Positions 15,741 to 25,483 are shown, counted from the stretch's first letter. The stretch is DNA of 32,000 nt from Acholeplasma laidlawii PG-8A (GCF_000018785.1 NC_010163.1:210001-242000); one strand, 5' to 3'. Notes: generated by a model not told the origin, from the letters alone. Translations and numbers: made by a program.

Positions 15741-17579
15741 ATGCAACATCAAGAACAAGAAAACGAAATTAAAAAAGTATCACTTCCTGTTTGGGGTAGA
15801 TTATTTAAAATAATATTAAAAGATAAACGTAGTTTTATCATCATGATTTCTATTGGTGTATTTGTTGCACTTCTAGATGCACTCACTGTAGTCATTCAAC
15901 AATATGCACTAGATACATTTATTGAAAAAGGTGATTATACATTCTTTACTCAGTACACAATTCTAAACATCCTTGTTGCACTAGGGTTTGGTTTAGGGAT
16001 TTGGGGTTTTATTTACCAAAGTGGAAAAATTGAAGCCAATGTCAATTACCTATTAAGAAAAGAAGCGTTTAGAACACTTCAAAGATTGCCATTCTCATAC
16101 TATGATAAAACCCCACAGGGTTGGATCATGGCTCGTATGACAAGTGACTCAAAAAGGCTTGCTAACATCATTTCATGGGGTATCGTTGATGTCATTTGGT
16201 CACTGCTACTTATGATATTTACACTAACCATTCTTTATTTTTATTTTTGGAAATTAGCAATCATTGTGACACTTGCAATACCTATGATGTTTCTAGTTAC
16301 ATTGCTATTTAGAAAGCGTGTATTAAAAAGACACCGTCAAGCAAGACACTATAACTCTGAGATTACCGCAAAATATTCTGAAAGTTTTCATGGTGCTAAA
16401 ACATCTAAGTCCCTCGTTATTGAATCTGAAAACCTAAATGAATTTAAACAAACAACAAACAAGATGTATAAGGCAAGTGTTAAAGCGCAAAGCCTATCAG
16501 CAATGTATTCTGCTGTATTATTACTCGCTTGTTATATCTTTGTAGCGATTGTCATGTATACGGGTTCAAGCTTTACCATTGAAGGTGCAATCACCATCGG
16601 GGTAGTATACTTATTCATTAGATCAACAGTGAGTTTCTTTGATCCAATTATTAACTTATCTAACTTTATTTCCCAACTCCAACAAGCACAAGCAAGTGCA
16701 GAACGTATCTTAGAGCTTATTATGACAGAATCTCAAATTAAAGATAGTGATGAAGTCGTATCTAAATACGGGGACTGGTTTCATAAGAAAAAAGAAAATT
16801 GGGAACCACTTAATGGTGATATTGAATTCAAAGATGTTACATTCTCATACAATGAAAATGAAATCATCTTAGATAACTTTAATATAAACATAAAAGCAGG
16901 TATGAGTGTTGCATTAGTGGGACATACAGGTAGTGGTAAGACAACCATTGTAAACTTAATCTCAAGATTTTACGAACCAACTCAAGGTCAAATCTTATTA
17001 GATGGCGTAGACTATAAAGATAGAAGTATCTCATGGCTACATGAGAAATTAGGCTATGTATTACAATCACCACATCTATTTTCAACAACCATTCTAGAAA
17101 ATATCCGTTATGGACGTTTAGATGCAACAGATGAAGAAGTCATTGAAGCCTCAAAAGCAATCGGATTACATCCGTTTGTAGAAAAATTAGAAAACGGCTA
17201 CCAAACACATGTAGGTGAAGGTGGTGGCTTGCTTTCTATGGGACAAAAACAGCTCATCTCGTTTGCTAGAGCAATCCTTGCAGAACCAAGTATCTTAATT
17301 TTGGATGAGGCAACTTCATCGATTGATAGTGAAGCAGAATCATTAATTCAAGATGCTACTAAGAAATTATTAAAAGGGCGTACGAGTTTAATCGTTGCTC
17401 ATAGATTATCAACGATTGTAGACTCTGATTTAATTGTCATGTTAGATCAAGGTAAGATTACTGAACAAGGTACTCACCATGAACTGTTATTAAAACGAGG
17501 GGCTTACTACGATCTTTATAGAAATCAATTTTTAGAAGAAAAATCAAAAGTTTATGAAGCTGAAATGAATAAACTATAA
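15741..17579 (+). CDS. ABC transporter, fused permease/ATPase (exporter half 2)
   Basis: GHTGSGKTTIVNLISRFYEP, LLSMGQKQLISFARAILAEPSILILDEATSSID with consensus Glu. The ORF track begins at GTG 15723; ATG 15741 has upstream GAGGAGGG. Confidence 0.93.
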   Translation: MQHQEQENEIKKVSLPVWGRLFKIILKDKRSFIIMISIGVFVALLDALTVVIQQYALDTFIEKGDYTFFTQYTILNILVALGFGLGIWGFIYQSGKIEANVNYLLRKEAFRTLQRLPFSYYDKTPQGWIMARMTSDSKRLANIISWGIVDVIWSLLLMIFTLTILYFYFWKLAIIVTLAIPMMFLVTLLFRKRVLKRHRQARHYNSEITAKYSESFHGAKTSKSLVIESENLNEFKQTTNKMYKASVKAQSLSAMYSAVLLLACYIFVAIVMYTGSSFTIEGAITIGVVYLFIRSTVSFFDPIINLSNFISQLQQAQASAERILELIMTESQIKDSDEVVSKYGDWFHKKKENWEPLNGDIEFKDVTFSYNENEIILDNFNINIKAGMSVALVGHTGSGKTTIVNLISRFYEPTQGQILLDGVDYKDRSISWLHEKLGYVLQSPHLFSTTILENIRYGRLDATDEEVIEASKAIGLHPFVEKLENGYQTHVGEGGGLLSMGQKQLISFARAILAEPSILILDEATSSIDSEAESLIQDATKKLLKGRTSLIVAHRLSTIVDSDLIVMLDQGKITEQGTHHELLLKRGAYYDLYRNQFLEEKSKVYEAEMNKL

Positions 17580-17593
17580 AATAAAAGTAAAAA

Positions 17594-17647
17594 GACAGTA
17601 TGTTTCCTACTATATAATAGGAGGTAAAAAACATGCTGTCTTTTTTT
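17594..17647 (+). terminator. long stem-loop plus T7, likely terminator of the ABC operon, containing the SD and start codon of the next gene
   Basis: GACAGTATGTTT-CCTACTA-TATAA-TAGGAGG-TAAA-AAACATGCTGTC-TTTTTTT: 12-bp outer stem with one G-U pair, and a 7-position inner stem with one mismatch. Confidence 0.8.
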
Positions 17648-19699
17648 AATCTACTTATGAATATTGCTATTTTATGGACCAATGAAGTGATTTTAATGCC
17701 TATTGGAGCATCACTGGATAAGTATAAGAATTTGCCCGAGGCTACTTTATATGTAAATGATGAAGTTGCAGTAGATAAATTAATGTATTATGAATATGAA
17801 ATCAACTACACAAGTTTTAGCGTCATTAGAACCCATGTAGTAGGTACGTACACGGTTTGGTACCGAGCGCACTTTCCTACCTTAGGATTTGAAAGTGAAG
17901 TAGCTATTACTTTTATTGTCAAGGATACGATGCCACCAACGATAACTGGTCCTATGGATTTTTATGTAGATGTTGGAACTAAATCCATTGATTATAAAAC
18001 ACTTATTAACTATACAGATAACTATACGGTAGATAAGGATTTAATTTTAAACATCTATGCTGGTCAAGTGAACTTGAATCAACTGGGTAGTTATCAAGTG
18101 ACATACAGTGTAAAAGATAAAGCATTTAATGAATCGATTTGGGTAACAACTATCCATGTAGTAGATAATGTAAAACCCGTAATCAAGCAAAAAGCGGGTA
18201 TCACAATTTTAATAGGAGAGGCCTTAAATTTAGATAAGTTTTTTACCTTTAGTGATAACTATGACACTGTGCTTGATGTAAGTTATGATGATACATTGAT
18301 CCACTATCAAAATCCCGGAAGCTATCCTTTATCAGTTACTGTAAAAGATCAATCAGGAAATGAAGTCACTGTAGATGTTCAAGTACAAGTAGTCGACACA
18401 ACAAGTCCGGTTATTGTATTAAAAACGAACAATATAAAGGTAAATTACTTAACCGACCTCACTAATGATTATCTAAGGTCCTTTATCATAGATGTTAAAG
18501 ATAATGTGGATAGTTTAAACATAGAAGATGTTTTAATAACAAGCTACATCGATACCCACATACTTGGTAAATATGAAGTGATTTATAACATAAGAGATTC
18601 AAATAGCTTAATAGGAGAAGCAAAACTTGCTGTTGAAGTTATAGATAACGAAGCACCTAAAGTAAGTATGAGAGAAGATATTTATGTTGATGTACATAGT
18701 TTAGAGCCATATATTTATGACTACTTAATCATTGAAGATAACTACAACAAATTAGAAGATTTAACAATCACTAAAACAGGAAGTATCACGATGTCAAAGT
18801 TGGGTGCTTACCGGGTCATTATAAAAGTAGTTGATCAAGCAAAAAATGTGGCAGAGTATCCAGTGATTGTAAACGTCATTGACCAGATAGCACCAGTCTT
18901 AAAAGTACCTAGTGAACTTATGATAACAAACTTTTTAAGACCGGACTATCTAAAAATAATCGAAGTCAAAGACAATTATGATAAGGATATAGTAGTTATC
19001 ATAGAAGATGCTGATATGAACTATAAAGAGCTTGGTGAACACCAAGTTACAATACGTGCTATAGATAGTTCTTTAAATGAAACAGTAGAACACATAGTGA
19101 TTAAAATCATTGATTTAAGTTATCCTGAAATTATTTTAAAGACACATCAGGTATATCTTCCTTACGGTGTAGATAGTGTTGACTATCTATCGTATGTAGA
19201 AAGTGTGTTTGACAGTTATGATAAAGATTTATCTATCTTTGATATAAAATATAAGTCTACTTTAGATTTTAATAAAGTGGGCTTATATCAGGTGATATAT
19301 GAGTTAACTGATAAATCGAATAATGTAGGAACACAACTACTTTATATCTACTTAACTGATTTTGAAAAACCAGTGATTGAAGCAACCCATATCACCATCA
19401 AAAAAGGTGCATACTTTAACTATAAAGATCATGTAACTGCTTATGATAACTATGATGGTGATATATCTAATTTAGTTAAAATGAACCCGCAATTTGTACC
19501 TATCCAACAAGTGGGTTACTATGAAATACTATTTTATGTACATGATTCATCCGGAAATTACTCAGAAATTAAAGTCTTACTCACCATAGAAGCTACAAAT
19601 GATGTAATGGATTACATATATTATATTGTTGGTGGTGTAATTATTTTAGGTAGTATCATAATTTACTACATATACATCAAAAAACGTGAAAATATCTAG
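17633..19699 (+). CDS. surface protein with about 7 tandem Ig-like (DUF5011/HYR-like) modules and a C-terminal TM anchor
   Basis: Repeats of about 75-85 aa with P.I.......G......DN.D.......G.Y.V.Y.V.D..GN......V.V.D; C-terminal YIYYIVGGVIILGSIIIYYIYIKKRENI. SD AGGAGG. Confidence 0.85.
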   Translation: MLSFFNLLMNIAILWTNEVILMPIGASLDKYKNLPEATLYVNDEVAVDKLMYYEYEINYTSFSVIRTHVVGTYTVWYRAHFPTLGFESEVAITFIVKDTMPPTITGPMDFYVDVGTKSIDYKTLINYTDNYTVDKDLILNIYAGQVNLNQLGSYQVTYSVKDKAFNESIWVTTIHVVDNVKPVIKQKAGITILIGEALNLDKFFTFSDNYDTVLDVSYDDTLIHYQNPGSYPLSVTVKDQSGNEVTVDVQVQVVDTTSPVIVLKTNNIKVNYLTDLTNDYLRSFIIDVKDNVDSLNIEDVLITSYIDTHILGKYEVIYNIRDSNSLIGEAKLAVEVIDNEAPKVSMREDIYVDVHSLEPYIYDYLIIEDNYNKLEDLTITKTGSITMSKLGAYRVIIKVVDQAKNVAEYPVIVNVIDQIAPVLKVPSELMITNFLRPDYLKIIEVKDNYDKDIVVIIEDADMNYKELGEHQVTIRAIDSSLNETVEHIVIKIIDLSYPEIILKTHQVYLPYGVDSVDYLSYVESVFDSYDKDLSIFDIKYKSTLDFNKVGLYQVIYELTDKSNNVGTQLLYIYLTDFEKPVIEATHITIKKGAYFNYKDHVTAYDNYDGDISNLVKMNPQFVPIQQVGYYEILFYVHDSSGNYSEIKVLLTIEATNDVMDYIYYIVGGVIILGSIIIYYIYIKKRENI

Positions 19700-19754
19700 T
19701 ATTTTTAGTATAATATGAACTAGTATAATAATGAATGTAGAAAGTGTGTATGAT

Positions 19755-20180
19755 ATGGCAATTTTAGTTGTATACTGGACCGGAACAGGGAATACAGAAG
19801 TCATGGCTAAGAATATCTATGATGGTATTATCGCTGCAGGGGTTGAAGCAGATTTAAAACAAATAGATGATTGTTTAGCAGATGATATTTTAAATTATGA
19901 AAAAGTGGCAATTGGTTGTCCATCTATGGGTATTGAAGAGTTGGAACCTGAAGAATTCTTACCATGGTATGAAGAAGTAGAACCTATTTTAGGTGATATG
20001 CCACTACTCTTATTTGGTTCTTATGGTTGGGGCGAAGGTGAATGGATGGATTACTGGGAAGAGCGTGTACACGATCTTGGCTTAAACCTTTTTGAAAAGG
20101 GTATAAAAATTGCATCCATGCCATCAAGAAAAGAATCAGAAGAGATTAAAGAGATTGCTAAAAGATTTGCTCAAAGCTAA
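19755..20180 (+). CDS. flavodoxin
   Basis: MAILVVYWTGTGNTEVMAKNIYDGI (FMN phosphate loop), LLFGSYGWGEGEWMDYWEERV. The ORF track starts at ATG 19731, but MAILVVYW (19755) is the usual flavodoxin start. Confidence 0.92.
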   Translation: MAILVVYWTGTGNTEVMAKNIYDGIIAAGVEADLKQIDDCLADDILNYEKVAIGCPSMGIEELEPEEFLPWYEEVEPILGDMPLLLFGSYGWGEGEWMDYWEERVHDLGLNLFEKGIKIASMPSRKESEEIKEIAKRFAQS

Positions 20181-20200
20181 AAGGATTTTAATCCTTTTTT
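20179..20200 (+). terminator. intrinsic terminator after flavodoxin
   Basis: AAAAGGATT-TT-AATCCTTTT-TT. Confidence 0.7.
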
Positions 20201-20239
20201 GCTATTTTAGGTATAATAGTAATATGAGGTGTGACTAAT

Positions 20240-23179
20240 TTGATTGGATCGCTATATACGCAAAGTTCATATTCTATCTTAAAATCTACGCTCCATCTGG
20301 AGACTATTTTTAAGCATGCAAAACAGGAAAACCTAGACTTTGTAGCAATTACTGATGATAATAATTTACACGGTTTATATAAAGCTTTAGTCTTAAGTAA
20401 AAAATATCAAATACCTTTAATTTTAGGATTTCAAAAAACATTTAAAGTACTTGGTTATGATTTAGATTTACTCATCTATGCACAAAATGATGAAGCATTA
20501 AAATCACTGATTGAATTAAACTCATTAACAGCTAGAACACCGGATATACCATTTGAATCCTGTGTTCAACTATTAAATAAGTTGATCATTGTTTTACCAA
20601 GTACTCAAAGTTTTATCTACCAACATTATGAGATGAGTGAGCGTATTTATGAAGTTATTTCTTCATTACATAAATCACTAAAAAACTTCTATTTAGGACT
20701 GGGTAATGCAACAGATTTTGAAGTTGATAAGATAACACCTATTTTGAAGAAAATCGCCTTAAATGAAGATTTAAAGTATTTACCTACATATCAACAAAGT
20801 TATGAGGATGAAGAAAATAAAACAACTTATGACATTGTAAATACAATTAAAGATAGTCAGTTTAAATCATTAAATGTTTCCATGCATTTATTGAGTAAAA
20901 ATGAATTAGTTAAAAAATATGAACAAGAAAAGAATATATTTAAAAACGTAGACGCTGTCTTTGGTCGTGTAAACTATACGTATTTAGATAATACCCAAAG
21001 CCTACCTGTTTTTCCAACAAAGGATAATGTTGAAAGCCATATTTATTTATATGCACTTGCACATAAAGGACTAGAAAAAAGGTTGGAAAATAGTGGTGTT
21101 AGAAAATCAACCGACTATATTCAAAGATTAAATGAAGAATTAGAAGTTATACACCAAATGGGTTATGACGATTACTTTTTAATTGTCTATGATTTTGTAA
21201 GGTTTGCTAAAACAAACGATATATTAGTTGGTCCCGGTCGTGGTAGTGCGGCAGGTAGTTTGGTTGCCTACTGCTTAGGTATTACAGAAGTAGATCCCAT
21301 ACAATATGATTTATTATTTGAACGTTTCTTAAACATCGATAGAAAATCCATGCCGGATATCGATTTAGATTTTCCAGATGTTAAAAGAGATTTAGTGATT
21401 GACTATGTTAAAGAAAAATATGGACTTAATCATGTTGTAACGATGACTACATTTACAAACTTAACAACCAAAACATCCATGCGTGATATTGCAAGACAAA
21501 TGAATTTAAGTCAAGAACGTATTAATGCAATTATTGCAAGTCACACCAAGGGTATCTTAGATGAAAGTGATAGAGAAGCACAAAAATTAGTTAAAGTAGC
21601 TTCTACAATTGAAGGTATACCTCGTCAAACAGGGACCCATCCAGCAGGTATCATCTTATCTAAACAAGACTTAACTACTTTAGTACCGTTAATGAATGGT
21701 CCTAAAGATATATATCAATCTCAATTGGAGGCGAGTGATCTAGAGTCACTTGGATTCTTAAAAATTGATTTTCTAGGCTTAAAGAATCTAACCATGATTG
21801 AAGATATATTAAAGTTAGAACAAAACAAATTAAAATTATCTGACATGCCTTTAGATGATAAAAAGACATTTGAATTACTATCCAATGCCGATGTAGAAGG
21901 TGTCTTTCAACTAGAATCTCAAGGTATGAGAAATGTGATTAGAAAGTTAAGACCGTCTCACTTTGAAGATATTGTTGCATTACTTGCATTATTTAGGCCG
22001 GGGCCGATGCAGTTTATCGATGATTATATAAAGAGGCGACATGGTGATACATATGAAAAGTTAGATAGTGATATTGATGAAATCTTAAAACCTACGTATG
22101 GGATTATTGTCTATCAAGAACAGATCATGAAAATCTTTCAAGTGTATGCGGGCTATAAACTAAGTGAAGCAGATATTATAAGACGTGCGATTTCTAAGAA
22201 GAATAGAGATATGATTGATAGAGAAAAGGCGCGGTTTATAGAAAAATCCGTACGACTAAATCGTGATGCCGAAACTGCTGAAAAAATCTATAATCACATA
22301 GAAAAATTTGCTGATTACGGATTTAACAGAAGTCATAGTGTGGCATACGCATTTATCGCTTATTACATGGCATATTTAAAAACACACTATTATGCATCCT
22401 TTATATCCGTGCTTATGAGTCAAAACACTTCAAACACTGCCTACTTAAAAGAGTTAGTGCTTGATGCTCAAAATAAAGGTTTAGTTGTTTATCCACCAAA
22501 CATTAATTTATCAAAATTAGACTTTATACCTTATAAATCAGGTATCTTAGCTCCGCTTACGATGATTAAAGGCATTGGTTTAACAACAGCTAAAAAAATA
22601 GTTGAACTTCAACCATTTGATTCGTATGATCATTTTAAAGAAAAAGTGTTTAAGGTATTAAATGAAAAATCTATTGAAATCTTAATTCATGCAAATGCAT
22701 TAGATGTCTTTGGTCTGAATCATAAAGAACTCTTAGATCAAAATAATTTAAATCAAACAGGATTTGAACAGTTTTTAGATGATTATAAGAAAACAAGGTT
22801 AGAAGAATTGCCGTTTAATACACTGAAGGAAAAAGAGATTGAAGTCTTAGGGTTTAATTTGAAATATTTAAAGGATGAAGTACTCATACGTTTAAATGAA
22901 ACACACAAATTAAAGCCATTATCACTAAAAGAACAGTCAATTCGCACCATTGGTATGATAGAAAGTGTTAAAATAATAACAACTAAAAAAGGTGATGAAA
23001 TGGCATTTATTACCTTTAGTAATGGTATAAGTTTAGATTTAACCGTATTTCCAAATCAATATAAGTCATATAAAGAACTACTAAGTGATACCTATGTTTA
23101 TATTGAAGCAACAAAGGATCAAACCCAAGCAGTAGAAAATAAATATATTATAAATAAAATAAAGAAAGTTAAGGTGTAG
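20240..23179 (+). CDS. dnaE: DNA polymerase III subunit alpha, DnaE type
   Basis: VGPGRGSAAGSLVAYCLGIT, RKSMPDIDLDFPDVKRDLV, GTHPAGIILSK, YGIIVYQEQIM, NRSHSVAYAFIAYYMAYLK. The ORF track starts at GTG 20231; TTG 20240 fits SD GAGGTG with an 8-nt spacer better. Confidence 0.94.
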   Translation: MIGSLYTQSSYSILKSTLHLETIFKHAKQENLDFVAITDDNNLHGLYKALVLSKKYQIPLILGFQKTFKVLGYDLDLLIYAQNDEALKSLIELNSLTARTPDIPFESCVQLLNKLIIVLPSTQSFIYQHYEMSERIYEVISSLHKSLKNFYLGLGNATDFEVDKITPILKKIALNEDLKYLPTYQQSYEDEENKTTYDIVNTIKDSQFKSLNVSMHLLSKNELVKKYEQEKNIFKNVDAVFGRVNYTYLDNTQSLPVFPTKDNVESHIYLYALAHKGLEKRLENSGVRKSTDYIQRLNEELEVIHQMGYDDYFLIVYDFVRFAKTNDILVGPGRGSAAGSLVAYCLGITEVDPIQYDLLFERFLNIDRKSMPDIDLDFPDVKRDLVIDYVKEKYGLNHVVTMTTFTNLTTKTSMRDIARQMNLSQERINAIIASHTKGILDESDREAQKLVKVASTIEGIPRQTGTHPAGIILSKQDLTTLVPLMNGPKDIYQSQLEASDLESLGFLKIDFLGLKNLTMIEDILKLEQNKLKLSDMPLDDKKTFELLSNADVEGVFQLESQGMRNVIRKLRPSHFEDIVALLALFRPGPMQFIDDYIKRRHGDTYEKLDSDIDEILKPTYGIIVYQEQIMKIFQVYAGYKLSEADIIRRAISKKNRDMIDREKARFIEKSVRLNRDAETAEKIYNHIEKFADYGFNRSHSVAYAFIAYYMAYLKTHYYASFISVLMSQNTSNTAYLKELVLDAQNKGLVVYPPNINLSKLDFIPYKSGILAPLTMIKGIGLTTAKKIVELQPFDSYDHFKEKVFKVLNEKSIEILIHANALDVFGLNHKELLDQNNLNQTGFEQFLDDYKKTRLEELPFNTLKEKEIEVLGFNLKYLKDEVLIRLNETHKLKPLSLKEQSIRTIGMIESVKIITTKKGDEMAFITFSNGISLDLTVFPNQYKSYKELLSDTYVYIEATKDQTQAVENKYIINKIKKVKV

Positions 23180-23182
23180 AAC

Positions 23183-24418
23183 ATGCCAAACAAAATATTA
23201 TTAGAAAAATATGCAAGACTTGCTGTAGTTACAGGTGCAAACGTACAACCTGGTCAAGTAGTTGTCTTACGTACATCAACAGAAGCTGTTGAATTAACAA
23301 GAGAAGTAGCAAAACAAGCTTATATCGCTGGTGCTAAAAAAGTACATATCATTTGGGGTGATGAAATTGTTTCTAAACACTCATATGATTATGCAACAAC
23401 AGAAAATTTAAAAGAAATGCCACAATGGTCTATTGATCAATACAAATATTATGTAGATCAAAATGCAGCATTCATTTCTATTGTTTCACCAATTCCTAAT
23501 GCATTAGCTGGTGTTGATAGCAAGAAAATGCAAGAAGTAATGATTGAATCTTCAAAAATGCTTAAGTTCTTTAGAGAACACACGATGGGTAACAAATCAC
23601 AATGGACAATTGTTGCTGCATCTAATCCAAGCTGGGCTAAAAAATTATTCCCTAATTTACAAGTTGAAAATGGTATTGAGAAATTATGGGATGCAATCTT
23701 TAATGCATGTAGAGTAAGAATTGATAATGATCCAGTTCAAGATTGGGTTAAACATAATGAATACTTAGCAAGAAATAATAAAATATTAAATGATGCTAAC
23801 TTTAAAAATTTACATTTCACAAACAGTTTAGGTACAGACCTTATTGTTGAACTTATCCAAGACCATGTTTGGGCTGGTGGTAGTGAAAAAGCTGGTAACG
23901 GTGTAGTATTTAACCCAAATATTCCAACTGAAGAATCCTTTACAATGCCATACAAATTTGGTACTCAAGGTAAAGTAGTAGCAACTAAACCATTAAATAA
24001 CTCAGGTGTAATTATTGAAGATTTCTGGTTAGAATTTAAAGATGGTAAAGTCGTTGATTTTGATGCTCGTGTAGAAAAAGACGCATTAAAGAATATCTTA
24101 GACTTTGATGCAAACTCAAGATACATTGGTGAAATTGCACTTATTTCACACAACTCACCAATATCAAATATGGATATCTTATTCTTAAACACTTTATTTG
24201 ATGAAAACGCAAGTTGCCATATGGCACTTGGTCGTGCATATCCAATGAACATTAAAAATGGTAACCAAACACCAATTGAAGAACTAGAAAAGAAGGGTTA
24301 CAATAATTCTATGACACACGTTGACTTCATGTTTGGTTCTAAAGACTTAAAAATTGTAGGTACAAAACAAGACGGTACTAAAGTTGTAGTCTTTGAAGAC
24401 GGTAATTTTGTTATTTAA
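23183..24418 (+). CDS. M29-family aminopeptidase (AmpS/PepS-like)
   Basis: LARLAVVTGANVQPGQVVVLRTSTEAVELTREV, LHFTNSLGTDLIVELIQDHVWAGG, NIPTEESFTMP, LDFDANSRYIGEIALISHNSPIS, CHMALGRAYP, HVDFMFGSKDLKIVG. Confidence 0.93.
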   Translation: MPNKILLEKYARLAVVTGANVQPGQVVVLRTSTEAVELTREVAKQAYIAGAKKVHIIWGDEIVSKHSYDYATTENLKEMPQWSIDQYKYYVDQNAAFISIVSPIPNALAGVDSKKMQEVMIESSKMLKFFREHTMGNKSQWTIVAASNPSWAKKLFPNLQVENGIEKLWDAIFNACRVRIDNDPVQDWVKHNEYLARNNKILNDANFKNLHFTNSLGTDLIVELIQDHVWAGGSEKAGNGVVFNPNIPTEESFTMPYKFGTQGKVVATKPLNNSGVIIEDFWLEFKDGKVVDFDARVEKDALKNILDFDANSRYIGEIALISHNSPISNMDILFLNTLFDENASCHMALGRAYPMNIKNGNQTPIEELEKKGYNNSMTHVDFMFGSKDLKIVGTKQDGTKVVVFEDGNFVI

Positions 24419-24456
24419 CACATAAAGTAGAGCCTTGAAGCACATAGTTTGAATAT

Positions 24457-24472
24457 ATTTCGAATTCGTAAT
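24457..24472. promoter_or_regulatory. near-perfect palindrome lying between candidate -35 and -10 of the FMN reductase-like gene
   Basis: ATTTCGAATTCGTAAT, inside TTGAAT(24449-24454)-17 nt-TATTAT(24472-24477). Confidence 0.5.
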
Positions 24473-24516
24473 ATTATAGATGCATAACATTAGATTATGA
24501 AGGAGAAACAAAAACT

Positions 24517-25095
24517 ATGAGTTTAAAAATAGGTATTATTATTGCTTCTGTTAGAGAAGGAAGAAATGGAAAAGTTGTTGCTGATTGGGTTTTAGAAAAT
24601 GGTCAAAAAAGAAATGACAAAGATGTTACTTATGAATTAGTAGATTTAAAATCATTTGATTTACCACTATTAGGTGCTACACCAACTGAAAGTCAAGGAA
24701 TTGCTTTAAAAAACTGGAGCGAAACAATGGCTTCATATGATGGCTACATCTTAGTAACACCAGAATACAACCACCTTGTACCAGGTGCTTTAGTGAATGC
24801 ATTTAACTTTTTAAATGCTGAAGTTAACAATAAAGCATTAGCATTCGTAGGATATGGCTTCTTAGGAGCTGCTCGTGGTATTGTAGGCTTTAGAGCACAC
24901 TTAGCATATCAACAAATTGCTATGACACAACAACAAATCAACATTTCATTCGTATCAGACTTTAAAAATGCAATGACACCTGAACAAGAATTTGCACCAG
25001 GCGCATGGCATACTCCAGAACTAGAAGCGTTATTTACACAATTACTAGGCTGGTCAAAAGCATTAAAAGCTTTACGTAACGGCGAAATTAAATAA
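24517..25095 (+). CDS. NAD(P)H-dependent FMN reductase-like flavoprotein
   Basis: IGIIIASVREGRNGKVVADWV, SYDGYILVTPEYNHLVPGALVNAFNFL; SD GGAG. Confidence 0.88.
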   Translation: MSLKIGIIIASVREGRNGKVVADWVLENGQKRNDKDVTYELVDLKSFDLPLLGATPTESQGIALKNWSETMASYDGYILVTPEYNHLVPGALVNAFNFLNAEVNNKALAFVGYGFLGAARGIVGFRAHLAYQQIAMTQQQINISFVSDFKNAMTPEQEFAPGAWHTPELEALFTQLLGWSKALKALRNGEIK

Positions 25096-25105
25096 TTAAT
25101 ATACT

Positions 25106-25143
25106 AAAAAAACGAATCCTAAAATTTCAAGGATTCGTTTTTT
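25106..25143. terminator. intrinsic terminator (both strands possible)
   Basis: AAAACGAATCCT-aaaatttca-AGGATTCGTTTTTT. Confidence 0.8.
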
Positions 25144-25483
25144 ATAGATGAAGTGAGGTTTTAATTATTTTTTCTATAAGCATGAGATCTAGTGGTTTAT
25201 CTAGTGGAAACTGGATAGTGCCCTTAGATACTTTGTAGGACTGTAACGGTTCTTTGTAAAGCTTAATCACATCCGATATTGGTCCATAGATACCGACGTG
25301 ATTAGCAAATCCTCCAATATAGCATGTATATCCATTCACTTTATAAGCTAATAATCCGTATGCTGAGTACTCATGAATATCTTTGTTTAAATTCAATATA
25401 AGTGAACGTATTGTTTCGACATATTTAAGAGATTTACCACTTAAACTATTTAAATAACTTTCTACAGATTCAAACTTTGCCAC
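25142..25483 (-). CDS. DUF1801-like (YdhG-type) protein
   Basis: YLNSLSGKSLKYVETIRSLILNLNKDIHEYSAYGLLAYKVNGYTCYIGGFANHVGIYG. The ORF track start is 25507; GTG 25483 follows SD AGAGGTGG and yields MAKFESVESYL. Confidence 0.7.
   Translation of the reverse strand: MAKFESVESYLNSLSGKSLKYVETIRSLILNLNKDIHEYSAYGLLAYKVNGYTCYIGGFANHVGIYGPISDVIKLYKEPLQSYKVSKGTIQFPLDKPLDLMLIEKIIKTSLHL

Noticed and set aside
14581-17127. Several 61-111 aa ORFs inside the two ABC transporter genes
   Set aside because: Shadow ORFs of the ATPase/permease coding sequence.
17912-19640. DNA-level tandem repeat or CRISPR-like array in the Ig-repeat gene
   Set aside because: Periodicity exists at protein level only; nucleotide units are divergent and contiguous without spacers.
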